Origin: Methanothermobacter thermautotrophicus str. Delta H
Lineage (GTDB): Archaea > Methanobacteriota > Methanobacteria > Methanobacteriales > Methanothermobacteraceae
Assembly (NCBI RefSeq): GCF_000008645.1
Contig: NC_000916.1
Coordinates: forward strand, 960,001-992,000
Direction of reading: 5' to 3'
Length of the DNA stretch: 32,000 nt
Each line of letters begins with the position of its first letter. Position 1 is the stretch's first letter. The notes below the pieces were generated by a model, which saw nothing but the letters and a program-made list of their open reading frames with translations, searched no databases and was not told the DNA's origin. The translations under genes were made by a program, and so were the position numbers. Positions 11,110-20,900 of the stretch are shown piece by piece.

Positions 11110-12243
11110 TCACCGGTTCTCCTCGACTATATCCCTGAATGAGTCAACCACGTACTGCACCTGCTCCTCTGTCATGCCATAGATGCTGCACTTGAACCAC
11201 TTTGTCTGGCCCCTCCTTATTCCAACTATACCCCTCTTCTTAAGTTCCTCATAGAGGAAAAAGCCCTTCCTTGGATGTGAAGCCGCTATCTCATGGAAAA
11301 CAGGGGTTTCAAACCTCACGAGGTCATGTTCCTTGGGTCTCACACCCAGCTGCTCTATACCCCCGATATCCTCAAGTTCAGAGACAAGGTAGCGTGTCTT
11401 CTTAACCTCCCCGTCCCAGCGTGAAACCCTCTCCCTCACATAGGGCAGAGAGGCCATGAGGGTTGCCAGTGGCGCTCCACGTGATGTGCAGCCCAGGAGT
11501 TCAAGCTCCTTCTTCTCATGCCTCCCTGACCTCCTGAGCACAGTGTCCTCCCACTCAGATTTCATCCCCAGCACACCTATAGGCCCGGAGGCCGCCATGC
11601 TCTTGTGACCGCTCCCAACAACGAAGTCAACCCCAAGTTCCCTGAGGTTAACCGGGAGCCTTCCCATGGAGTAGGCGCAGTTCAGGAGTAATGGGACCCC
11701 CAGCTTCCTGCAGACGTCCGCCACGCCACGTGCATCTGTCAGGTTCCCGTAGTTACCATCGACATGGGTCAGCACAGCAAGTTTAACCTCAACCCTGTCG
11801 ATGGTCTCCTCAAGGACCTCCCTGTAGGCTTCGGGTGTTACCTCATAGCTGGGGTGTCCGGTTGATGGCACCTCAACGATTTCAAGGCCGTTCCTCTCAG
11901 CTGCAAGGTGTGTTGTGTAGTGGGCATTTCCATCAACAACAACGGTGTCACCCCTCTCACAGAGTGCATGCATCACCGCAAATTTACCCTCCCTTGCACC
12001 ATGAACCGTCCTCACCGCATCGGAGCCTGTGAAGTCTGCAAGGTCATCAAGGAAGCAGTTTATCGCGGGCCTTGTGACCTGGTCCAGCCTCCCATCACAG
12101 TAGTCACAGACACTGTAACCATCCCCGAATTCATGGAGGGCCTTCCTTGCAGCGGCGGGGAGAACACCGCCACGCTGGAGGGGGTTGAGGTTGAGGTTAT
12201 CCCTTTCAAGTTTTCTTGTAAGACCATAATCAGCGCATTCCAT
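11110..12243 (-). CDS. pscS: O-phosphoseryl-tRNA(Cys):Cys-tRNA synthase (SepCysS), PLP-dependent
   Basis: It has [12 protein letters not shown], the cysteine pair SVCDYCDG, the PLP-lysine context [15 protein letters not shown] and a third Cys in [11 protein letters not shown] prefer ATG 12243 (5 nt after GGTGAT) over the TTG at 12264. Confidence 0.75.
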   Translation of the reverse strand: MECADYGLTRKLERDNLNLNPLQRGGVLPAAARKALHEFGDGYSVCDYCDGRLDQVTRPAINCFLDDLADFTGSDAVRTVHGAREGKFAVMHALCERGDTVVVDGNAHYTTHLAAERNGLEIVEVPSTGHPSYEVTPEAYREVLEETIDRVEVKLAVLTHVDGNYGNLTDARGVADVCRKLGVPLLLNCAYSMGRLPVNLRELGVDFVVGSGHKSMAASGPIGVLGMKSEWEDTVLRRSGRHEKKELELLGCTSRGAPLATLMASLPYVRERVSRWDGEVKKTRYLVSELEDIGGIEQLGVRPKEHDLVRFETPVFHEIAASHPRKGFFLYEELKKRGIVGIRRGQTKWFKCSIYGMTEEQVQYVVDSFRDIVEENR

Positions 12244-12754
12244 GATAATCACCAAGTAAGTCAATTATCCTGAGGTAAACCCTGTCCCGTTTTTCAGGAT
12301 CAACAACAAATACCCTTATGTCCTCCCTCTTTTTTATACTTTGAAGGGTTTTCCTGTGTACCGCTGCAATGAGGAGGACGTCAGAGCTGAGGACCTCGTC
12401 TACCGTCCTCCTGAATTCCCGGCTCTTAAGCTCCATGGGGCCGATTTCGTCTATGATTATGCAGTCATCCTCCAGCATGGCCCTCCGGATTGCAGGGACA
12501 GCCAGTTCATCCATGACCCCCACATTTACACCGTACCTTCCAATACGGGGGCCCTCTGTTTCAACTGACGCAAGGAGGCCCCTCCTGCCCGATGCTATGT
12601 CAACGACCTCAAATCCCCACCTTGAACCACCCACCCTCACCTCAGGTGTTATGATCCCCCCAACCGAAAAGCCCATGCCCTCAAGGTAATCCCTCAGCCT
12701 TCCAACCATGGTGCTCTTCCCGCTGCCGGGTCTCCCGGTGATCAGTATCTTCAT
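12230..12754 (-). CDS. THEP1-like nucleoside-triphosphatase (P-loop NTPase)
   Basis: Walker [12 protein letters not shown] and Walker [12 protein letters not shown], in a protein of about 175 aa. I prefer ATG 12754 (MKILITG, after GGGGGA) because the ORF-track start at 12790 would overlap the upstream gene's 3' end. Confidence 0.75.
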   Translation of the reverse strand: MKILITGRPGSGKSTMVGRLRDYLEGMGFSVGGIITPEVRVGGSRWGFEVVDIASGRRGLLASVETEGPRIGRYGVNVGVMDELAVPAIRRAMLEDDCIIIDEIGPMELKSREFRRTVDEVLSSDVLLIAAVHRKTLQSIKKREDIRVFVVDPEKRDRVYLRIIDLLGDYHGMR

Positions 12755-12764
12755 CAGATTCCCC

Positions 12765-13763
12765 CTAGATAAGGTTTTCAAGGCCTTCACTCAGGGCCCA
12801 TCTTCTGGCCTCCTCCAGCTCCTCAATGTAGAGGGGACGGTTGATCTCAGGGTAAGCTGAAGCCCTGTAGAGGGGCCGGTACTGGCCCATTATGTTCATT
12901 ACAGTGTCTGTTCCCAGGTTCTCTGCGACCCATGATATGATGGGCTTCGTGCAGCACTCCAGGTGCCCTGGAAGCACCAGGTGCCTTATTATCATATCCT
13001 CACCTGCTATCATGAGGTGGTTCCTGGATACAACCTCAAAGTAGTTACCGGCACCTGCCAGTCTCTCTGCACATTCACTGTTGCCGAACTTGAAGTCCGT
13101 GAGGTAGAGGTCTGCAGCACCCATTATGAGCCTGAGGGATTCCCTGGTCATGTACATGTTACTGTTCCATACGACAGGCACACTGATGGAAACCCTGGAT
13201 AGAACCCTCAGGATATATGGGAGTGCTGGTGTCGGGTCTCCGCCCACGAAGTTGACGTTTGCTGCCCCCATGCGCCTCCTCTCCTCTATGAGCGCTGCAA
13301 GTTCATCCACCTCAATGTGTCTGCCTGCAGAGGGGTTCTGGGATATGTCCCAGTTCTGACAGAAGACACACCTCAGGGTGCAGCCAGAGAAGAATATGGT
13401 ATGGCTGGGTACAAGGGGGGCCTCCTCCCCGTAGTGCAGGAACTCCGAGGCCACCCGTGGCTCCATGACACCGCAGTGTCCCTGCTCCCTGTGGCGGTTA
13501 ACCCCGCACCTCCAGGGGCACAGTGAACACTCCCCCAGGATCCTTTCAGCGATTTCGATTTTAAGATCAAGGAAGGACCTTTCACATGCTCCTGAACACT
13601 CTATGCCCTTCTCTATCCTTTCATGTTCCCTCCAGAGTTCAGACATCCCTGAGGTTTCATGGAAGGATGCCGGTGTCCTGGCGGCCACCATGAAACTGGC
13701 ATCCGTCCTACCATCCCTCACAGAGAGGTAGTGGTGAAGTGCATCCTTCAGTGACATGATCAT
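12765..13763 (-). CDS. radical SAM protein, PflX-like (pyruvate formate-lyase activase homolog)
   Basis: Radical SAM CX3CX2C motif in FFSGCTLRCVFCQNWDISQ. An upstream Cys-rich stretch CSLCPWRCGVNRHREQGHCGV is typical of the PflX-like subgroup. Confidence 0.8.
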   Translation of the reverse strand: MIMSLKDALHHYLSVRDGRTDASFMVAARTPASFHETSGMSELWREHERIEKGIECSGACERSFLDLKIEIAERILGECSLCPWRCGVNRHREQGHCGVMEPRVASEFLHYGEEAPLVPSHTIFFSGCTLRCVFCQNWDISQNPSAGRHIEVDELAALIEERRRMGAANVNFVGGDPTPALPYILRVLSRVSISVPVVWNSNMYMTRESLRLIMGAADLYLTDFKFGNSECAERLAGAGNYFEVVSRNHLMIAGEDMIIRHLVLPGHLECCTKPIISWVAENLGTDTVMNIMGQYRPLYRASAYPEINRPLYIEELEEARRWALSEGLENLI

Positions 13764-13778
13764 GAATGATAAATGGGG

Positions 13779-15071
13779 TTACCCTGTGACATGAACATCC
13801 TCAACCATGAGGGGCGCGGTTACAAAGCCCCCCACCTGCCTCCTTTCAAGGTCCGTTGATGAGACCTTCATCATGAGCTCAAATATGTTCCCTGAGAGCA
13901 TTGCCTTCTTAACAGGTGTGAATTCCCCTGAGTCCGCCATGAACGCATTGTTGGCCTCCACCGAGAAATCACCGGATATTGGATTTGCTGTGTGGGCTCC
14001 AAGGACATCTGTGACAAAGATCCCCCTGAAGTCGTCCAGTGGCACTGTACTGTCAAATTCAAGTATGAAGTTGGTGGTTGAGACGGCCGGGACCTCCATG
14101 TAGCCCCTCAGACCATTACCTGTGCTATCAGCCCGCCCCTTTGATGCTGTGTATATGTTATGCATGTATCCCCTCAGAATTCCATCCTCAACAAGGGCTG
14201 TCCTCTGGGAGGGTGTCCCCTCACCATCAAAGGGGGCTGATCCCAGGCCCCCCTCAAGGGTACCGTCATCGTATACTGAGAGGCCCTCACCTGTGACCTG
14301 GCTTCCAATCCTATCTGCCAGTACGGACCTCCCCCTCTGGACGTTATCTGCGCTGAATGCGCCTGCGAATGTTCCAAGGAGTCCTGCTGCTGCATGGTAG
14401 TCCAGGACTGCGGGGATCCTGCCGCTTTCAATACTCCTGCCCCCCATCGAATCCCTTGCAATCCGGCAGGCCCTTCCAGCTACCCATTCAGGGTTGATGT
14501 CAAGTTTGCAGGAGGAGTCTGATTCGTAGGCGGTTGTCTTCATGCCATTCTCCCCGGCTGTCACAGATATGTGGGCTGAGAACCCTGTTGAAGATGATGA
14601 CTCCTCAACACCCTCCGAGTTTAGGATGAATGTTTCAATCCTGGATGCGGTGAACCCGCCGCTGGTGGGTTTGCATCCCTCCTCCAGGACCCTGTTGATC
14701 ATTCTACCGGCCATCTCCACGGAGTCCTCAACTTCAAGGTCATCGAAGGACCTGTCATGGATCCCCTTCACCGATGGATATGTGGAGGGTTCAGAGAACC
14801 CGAAGTTTTCATCAGGATCTGCAAGCTGGAGGTTCTGGGCCGCCATCCTCACAGCTACGTCCACCCCATCAGGATCCGATGTGTAGGCAAACCCCATTCG
14901 CCCCTCCTTCAGGATGCGGATGCCTATCCCTGTCATGGATTCAATTTTCCCGAAGTCTATGAGGTCACGCTGGATCTCAACCTCCAGTGTCTTCTCCCTC
15001 TCAATGTAGACCTCAGCCATCTCACCATACCTTAATGCGAGTTTAACCGCCTCTTCACCAATCCCGAACAT
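13779..15071 (-). CDS. TldD/PmbA-family metalloprotease
   Basis: Family-like N-terminus (AEVYIEREKTLEVEIQRD...GIGIRILKEGRMGFAYTSD) and C-terminal region (SGDFSVEANNAF...G). I prefer ATG 15071 (4 nt after GGTGA, 4 nt after the upstream stop) over the ORF-track start at 15122. Confidence 0.8.
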   Translation of the reverse strand: MFGIGEEAVKLALRYGEMAEVYIEREKTLEVEIQRDLIDFGKIESMTGIGIRILKEGRMGFAYTSDPDGVDVAVRMAAQNLQLADPDENFGFSEPSTYPSVKGIHDRSFDDLEVEDSVEMAGRMINRVLEEGCKPTSGGFTASRIETFILNSEGVEESSSSTGFSAHISVTAGENGMKTTAYESDSSCKLDINPEWVAGRACRIARDSMGGRSIESGRIPAVLDYHAAAGLLGTFAGAFSADNVQRGRSVLADRIGSQVTGEGLSVYDDGTLEGGLGSAPFDGEGTPSQRTALVEDGILRGYMHNIYTASKGRADSTGNGLRGYMEVPAVSTTNFILEFDSTVPLDDFRGIFVTDVLGAHTANPISGDFSVEANNAFMADSGEFTPVKKAMLSGNIFELMMKVSSTDLERRQVGGFVTAPLMVEDVHVTG

Positions 15072-15075
15072 CAGC

Positions 15076-15741
15076 TCACCACCCCATGAATCTCCTGACC
15101 GCCTCTGCAACCCCTTCTCCATGGGCTGCGGAGGTCACATAATCTGCCATCTCCCGCAGTTCAGGGTCTGCATTTGCAACCGCAACCCTGAATCCAGCAG
15201 CCTCAATGAATTCCAGGTCATTTTCACTGTCACCTATGGCCATGACATCCTCCATCTCTATCCCCATGGATTCAAGCAGGATCTCCAGGGATGAACCCTT
15301 ATTCACTGAGGGGTCTGTCAGGTGTATGGCAAAGCCGGTATCATAGACCTCAACATCAAAATCCCTGAGCGCCTCCCTGACAGTATCTGCAGGTACATCC
15401 CTGGTCAGTGCTATCTCCGACACCCTGAGGTCAGAGAACTGGACCTTCCGGACAGGGTAGATCCCTTTGAGGTGACTGTAGGCCATCTCAGCCTTACTTA
15501 TATCACCCAGGACCCTCACCTCATCATTGATGTGCAGCACACCGCCATTTTCAGCTACAACCCCTCCGCTGGCCCCTATTAGGACCGATGTTGCCATAGC
15601 AAAGCAGAGGATGTTACCGGTAACCATTATAACAGGCACCCCTGCCTCCTCGGCACCCCTGAGGGCCTTCACAGCCTCCAGAGACAGCCTCCTTTTTTTG
15701 TCGGTTATTGTGCCGTCGATGTCAACTGCAATGGCCCTCAT
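15076..15741 (-). CDS. HAD-superfamily phosphatase, archaeal phosphoglycolate-phosphatase/Cof-like
   Basis: HAD motif I in AVDIDGTIT, motif II in VTGN, and motif IV in AIGDSENDLEF. The 221-aa length matches the archaeal PGPase family. Confidence 0.75.
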   Translation of the reverse strand: MRAIAVDIDGTITDKKRRLSLEAVKALRGAEEAGVPVIMVTGNILCFAMATSVLIGASGGVVAENGGVLHINDEVRVLGDISKAEMAYSHLKGIYPVRKVQFSDLRVSEIALTRDVPADTVREALRDFDVEVYDTGFAIHLTDPSVNKGSSLEILLESMGIEMEDVMAIGDSENDLEFIEAAGFRVAVANADPELREMADYVTSAAHGEGVAEAVRRFMGW

Positions 15742-15749
15742 CCTGACAC

Positions 15750-16796
15750 CTAGAATGAGCTGTACCGGTAGGCTATGTTACAGGTGCCCTCCCTTGACAC
15801 CATGCATGCCCCGATGGGACTGGTGGGGGTGCACTCATTCTTGAAGAGTTTGCATTCCTCCGGCCTTGCAACACCCCTCAATACAGCACCGCATATGCAT
15901 CCCGCCGGTGTATCAACCGTATCTTCAACCTCTATATCGAATTTCTCCCGGGCATTGAATTCAGAGAACTCATCCCTTATCTCATAGACTGATTCGGGTA
16001 TGACCGGGAATCCCCTCCACTCCCTCTCGGTTACCTTGAAGACCTCATCCATCACCTTCTGGGCCTTGAGGTTACCCTCGGGTTTCACGGCCCTCTTATA
16101 CTCGTTCTCAACCTTTGCCTCTCCCCTATCGATCTGTCGGAGTATCATGTAGACCGCCATGAGTATATCCAGGGGGTTGAAGCCCGCTATGACCTGTGGT
16201 ATGTTGTAGTCCCTTGAGAAGGGCTCATAGGGTTTCATGCCGATTATGGTTGACACGTGACCTGGTTCTATGAGGGCGTTGAGGTTCACCTCACCTGACT
16301 CTATGAGAAACCTGAGGGCGGGTGGTATGAGCCTGTGGCATGAAAGAACCGAGAAGTTCTCAGGTGGTCCTGAGAGTATCTCCGAGGCTGTTGTTGGCGC
16401 CGTGGTCTCAAATCCCGCTGCCATGAATACGACTTCCCGGTCAAGTTTCCTTGCTATCTCCACTGCGTTGCCCACACCGTAGACTATCCTGACATCCGCA
16501 CCGTCCGCCCTGGCATCCGCGAGGGATCCCCTGGAGCCCGGGACCCGGAGCATGTCACCGAAGGTTGTTATGGTGACACCCTGCCTTGCAAGTTCAATGC
16601 ACTCGTCGATTTCCCTTGCCGGGACACAGCAGACCGGACAGCCAGGCCCGGCGACCACCTCCACCTCCTCAGGAAGGAGGGACCTTACACCATGCTGCAT
16701 TATTGTGTGCTCATGTGACCCGCATACATGCATTATCTTAACTGGACGTGATATCTCCTGTATCCTTGAAACCAGTTCCCTTGAAAGATTCTTCAT
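15750..16796 (-). CDS. hypD: [NiFe]-hydrogenase maturation protein HypD
   Basis: MHVCGSHEHTI, GPGCPVCCVP and the C-terminal Cys cluster (PAGCICGAVLRG...PIGACMVSREGTC) are HypD signatures. ATG follows GGTGG. Confidence 0.9.
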   Translation of the reverse strand: MKNLSRELVSRIQEISRPVKIMHVCGSHEHTIMQHGVRSLLPEEVEVVAGPGCPVCCVPAREIDECIELARQGVTITTFGDMLRVPGSRGSLADARADGADVRIVYGVGNAVEIARKLDREVVFMAAGFETTAPTTASEILSGPPENFSVLSCHRLIPPALRFLIESGEVNLNALIEPGHVSTIIGMKPYEPFSRDYNIPQVIAGFNPLDILMAVYMILRQIDRGEAKVENEYKRAVKPEGNLKAQKVMDEVFKVTEREWRGFPVIPESVYEIRDEFSEFNAREKFDIEVEDTVDTPAGCICGAVLRGVARPEECKLFKNECTPTSPIGACMVSREGTCNIAYRYSSF

Positions 16797-16834
16797 AAGA
16801 CCACCATTACACTTAAAGATCTATTTATCACGAT

Positions 16835-16846
16835 CATATATATATG
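16835..16846. promoter_or_regulatory. palindromic (TA)n TATA-like element in the hypD / CaCA divergent gap
   Basis: CATATATATATG is its own reverse complement. Its centre is about 24 nt from ATG 16864 (+) and about 44 nt from ATG 16796 (-). Confidence 0.35.
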
Positions 16847-16863
16847 GAGGAGGCCAAAGGATT

Positions 16864-17832
16864 ATGTTTTATGGGGAGAGAAGTTTAAACATGTCAGTTA
16901 TCATCCTCCTCTTCCTCTTCACTGTCTCACTGATTGGCGTTATAAAGTCGGCCGATATATTCGTGGATCGGATCGTTGATATAGGTAGGGCCCTGGGGAT
17001 ATCCCAGATAATACTGGGGGTGACAGTCGCCGCTGCAGGGACCTCCCTTCCTGAATTTGGATCCGCACTGATATCCGTCCTCACAGGAAACCCTGATCTC
17101 GGTGTGGGTGTTGTTATAGGATCAAATATATGGAACATAGCCGGCATCATAGGCATATCAGCCATCCTTTCATGTGCGGTTACAACAAACCGGGATGAGA
17201 TCCGGAGGGATGGTCTTTTCGGGCTTCTGAGCATACTCATCCTCACATTCTTCATGCTCATGGGACCGGTTGGCCCCCTGACTGGTGTCGTGCTCCTTGC
17301 ACTCTACGGTGTTTACCTCTGGGTCCTCATAAAAAAACAGAGGGGCTACTATACCAGCCACCTCATGGATCATGGCGAGGTTGATGCGAAAACCATAATA
17401 TCCGCCATCCTGGGATTCACTGGTCTTGTGGTGTTCTGCAGAATACTCGTATACAGTGCCGTTGGGATCGCTGAGATCATGAATGTTCCTGAGATGATAA
17501 TCGGTCTTTTTGCCCTCGCAATAGGCACAAGCCTCGCTGAACTGGTCGTTGCTGTTAACTCTGCAATGAAGCGTATGTGCAGCCTGTCCCTTGGAACCGT
17601 CCTGGGGAGCAACATATTCAACATCCTGATAGGCATCGGGGTTCCATCACTCTTTGTTAGGATCCCTGTTGAGCCCCTATCCCTCATTCTTGACGCTCCA
17701 GTGCTCATGGGGGTGACAGTGGCCGTCATGTACTTCATGTGGACTGATATGGAGCTCAGGAGGGTTGAGGGGGTTGCACTGGTGGCATTTTACCTGGCAT
17801 ACGCTGTAATTAGAATAACACTTACACGGTAG
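16864..17832 (+). CDS. Na+/Ca2+ exchanger family (CaCA, YrbG/NCX_Mj-like) membrane protein
   Basis: Two alpha-repeat motifs (AAAGTSLPEFGSAL and AIGTSLAELVVAV) sit in a polytopic hydrophobic protein. The ORF-track start at 16552 is antisense to hypD and is rejected. ATG 16864 or ATG 16891 is the real start. Confidence 0.8.
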   Translation: MFYGERSLNMSVIILLFLFTVSLIGVIKSADIFVDRIVDIGRALGISQIILGVTVAAAGTSLPEFGSALISVLTGNPDLGVGVVIGSNIWNIAGIIGISAILSCAVTTNRDEIRRDGLFGLLSILILTFFMLMGPVGPLTGVVLLALYGVYLWVLIKKQRGYYTSHLMDHGEVDAKTIISAILGFTGLVVFCRILVYSAVGIAEIMNVPEMIIGLFALAIGTSLAELVVAVNSAMKRMCSLSLGTVLGSNIFNILIGIGVPSLFVRIPVEPLSLILDAPVLMGVTVAVMYFMWTDMELRRVEGVALVAFYLAYAVIRITLTR

Positions 17833-17842
17833 GTTTAATGCG

Positions 17843-17848
17843 TTTTTT
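17843..17848 (+). terminator. oligo-T tract after the CaCA gene
   Basis: A T6 run lies 11 nt after the TAG stop. The same 120-bp gap carries A runs (T runs on the minus strand) immediately after the convergent surface-protein stop. Confidence 0.35.
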
Positions 17849-17955
17849 AAGATGCACTTAGAATAGCACTTACACAGTATATTGACATCAGTTGCACTGA
17901 AAAAACTAAAAAAACCGCTCAATATACCAAAATAAAAAAATGAAGGGAAATTTTT

Positions 17956-20900
17956 TTATCTTCTCCTTGCTATGGCTGAACCTGCAGCTAGAAGCAGTAG
18001 GCCTGCCATGAGTGCAGCTACCGGAGCACCCGTTGGCTGCATCGGTACCCTGCCAGGTGAAGGTCCTGGACCCGGTGTGGGTTCTGTGACCTCGATATCG
18101 ACCTCTGTCGTGTTGTTGCCGCCTGATGAGCCTGAGCTCACCGTTGCCACGTTGATGAATGTGCCGCGCCTTATCATCTGGACCACTATTTCAAGGACTG
18201 CGCTTGAACCTGATGGCAGGTCTCCTATCAGCCATACGCCGGTTACCGGATTGTATGATCCCACAGTGGCGCTGGATGATACGTACCTCATTGAATCCGG
18301 TAGCCTGTCAACCACTGTTGTGTTGAGTGCAGTATCAGGTCCATTGTTTGTCACCGTTACTGTGAATTTCACGTTCTGTCCGAGGCGTACAGCCCTCCTA
18401 TCAGCCGTCTTGGTGATGGTGAGCTCTGCCCGTGGATTTGCTGTTACAGTGGCATTAGCATCCCTATCAGGGTTCGGATTGTACGTATCAGACGTGACAT
18501 TGGCAATATTGGTCAGGGTAGTGTTACTCACAGCAACCCTGGCAACAATCTCCAGAGTCGCCACAGCATCCCTTACCAGTGAACCAACAAGCCACACACC
18601 AGTACCCACATCATAGCTTCCCTGTGAAGCACTGTGACTCACGTAGTCAAGACCAGCAGGTAACACGTCATTAACAACAACACCCACTGAATCATCAGGA
18701 CCCATATTGGTAACTGAAACCACGAACCTCACAGTATCATTGAAGTCAACCACCGTCGCATTAACCACCTTATCTATCACAAGATAAGCAGCCGGTGGGA
18801 TGGTCACTGTGACGTTTGCAGTGTTGTTTTCAGGGTATGGATCGAACTGATCCCCAACTGCCTGAACCCTGTTTATCAGTTCACCTGTGGTGTTCACAAG
18901 GACCGTGAAGTTGAGGGTTGCTGATGCACCGTTTGCAAGGTCTCCAACTATCCAGATGCATGCAAGGGGATAGCAGATACCCTGTGAAATTGCATGTGAC
19001 TGGTAGACAAGGCCCTCTGGAAGCATTTCTGTTACCGTGACCCCTGTTGCATCGTCAGGTCCATTGTTCGTAACCGTCACAAAGAAGGTTATCTGCTCAC
19101 CGAAGTTCGGTGTGCTGTTTGACACCGTCTTTGTGATTGATATATCTGATGATGGGTTCACGGTGAGTAGAGCAGTTGCATTGTTGTTTGAGAGCAGAGG
19201 GTCGTACTCCTCGGCTGATGCATTCACGTAATTCGTGAATATGCCTGCGGCATTTGCAATTACCTCAAGCACCAGGGTTGCTGATGTGCCATTTGCAAGG
19301 TCTCCAACAGTCCAGAGCCCGCCTGCGAAGGTTCCCTGTGAGGCGCTGTGACTGAGCAGTCCGAGTCCTGGTGGTAGTATATCCGTTACAGCGACACCTG
19401 TTGCATCGTTCGGTCCGTTGTTGGTGACAGTGACCGTGAAGTTTGTTATCTGTCCATTGTTGATTGGTGTCAGGAGGACCGTCTTCTGTACCGCGATATC
19501 AGCCACGGCCTCTGCATTTAATAGCCCAGCAGCATGGTTGTTGGTCAGGTCAGGGTCATACTCGGTGCTCGTGACTGAGACCGTGTTTATCATTCCACCT
19601 GTGGCATTGACAAGCACGGTGATGTTCAGTGTCTCTGATGCACCGGGTGCCAGTGAATCAACAGTCCATACATTGAATTCCACGAAGTAGATACCCGCGG
19701 ATGCACTGTGGGACTGGTAGACGAGACCTGATGGCATTGTATCAACGGTCCTCACAACCGTGGCGGTGTCCGGTCCAAGGTTCGTTACCGTTATGTAGAA
19801 CACCACGGTGTCACCGAAGTCTGGTGCTGTGTTGCTGACGGTCTTCGTGATCTTAACATCCGCGCTTGGCCTCACATCGACTGTAACCGCATCAACGTTG
19901 TCTCCGGGTAGTGGATCTGGAAGCTCTGATGATACGTTGACTATGTTTGTCTGGAAGCCTGCCTGGGTTGCCCTTACAACCAGTGTGAGGGTTGCCTGGA
20001 ACAGGGCAGGTAGTGAGCCAACCTCCCAGACGCCAGTTGTTGTGTTGAAGGATCCCTGTGTAACCGTGTATGATATGATTGAGAGTCCAGCAGGCAGGAG
20101 ATCTGAGACCACAACATTTGATGGTGTGTCTGGACCAGCATTCCTCACGATCACCGTGAAGGTGGCGGTTTCCCCGTTATTTATAACAGGTCTGTCAACG
20201 GTCTTCTGGATGCTAAGGTCTGCTGATACCGCGTTAAGGGTTGATACCGCATCATTGTTGGTCCTGTCAGGGTCACGCTCATTACCGGTGACTGATACTG
20301 TGTTATTTGAATCACCGGTTGTGTTCACAAGGACTGTGAGGTTCATCAGGGCTGATGCCGCGTAATTCAGTGCTCCGATGTACCATACGCCAGTTGTGGC
20401 ATTGTAGGTTCCCTGTGTGACAGTGTGACTGAGGTAGACAAGGCCCGGTGAGAGTATATCTGTGACGGTTACACCTGTGGCGTTGCTCGGTCCAAGATTT
20501 GTGACAGCAACCGTAAAGGTCACAACGGACCCATAATCTGGCCGCGGGTCACTCACTTGTTTCACTATAAGCAGGTCAGCCACCGGGATTCCCACCACCT
20601 CGGCGGTGTCATTGTTGTTATCCGGGTTGGGATCAAAGTTTGGTGATGTGATATTTGCAAAGTTTGTCAGTGATCCAGTTGCGTTGACCCTGGCTATTAT
20701 TGTGAGTGTTGCTATTTCAAGGTAGTTCAGTGTCCCCACATTCCATGTGCCCATGTAGTAGGAGCCCTTGGATGGTGTCGCGCTGATAGGTATCAGTCCA
20801 GCCGGCAGAACATCCTCCACCACAACTCCTGCTGCGTTATCAGGTCCCCTGTTGCTCACAGTGATTGTGTACTGGATATTTTCACCCACATAGGGTTCCG

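Noticed and set aside
12755-12790. Upstream-extended starts offered by the ORF track: 12790 for the NTPase, 12264 (TTG) for SepCysS, 15122 for PmbA and 8795 (GTG) for the MtrA homolog.
   Set aside because: In each case a downstream ATG is preceded at 4-6 nt by a GGTGA/GGGGGA-type RBS and avoids overlap with the upstream gene. The extended N-termini add non-conserved residues.
16552-16863. N-terminal 104 codons of the 426-aa ORF 16552-17832.
   Set aside because: This part is antisense to hypD, has no membrane-protein character and precedes the intergenic promoter region. The real exchanger gene starts at ATG 16864 or 16891.
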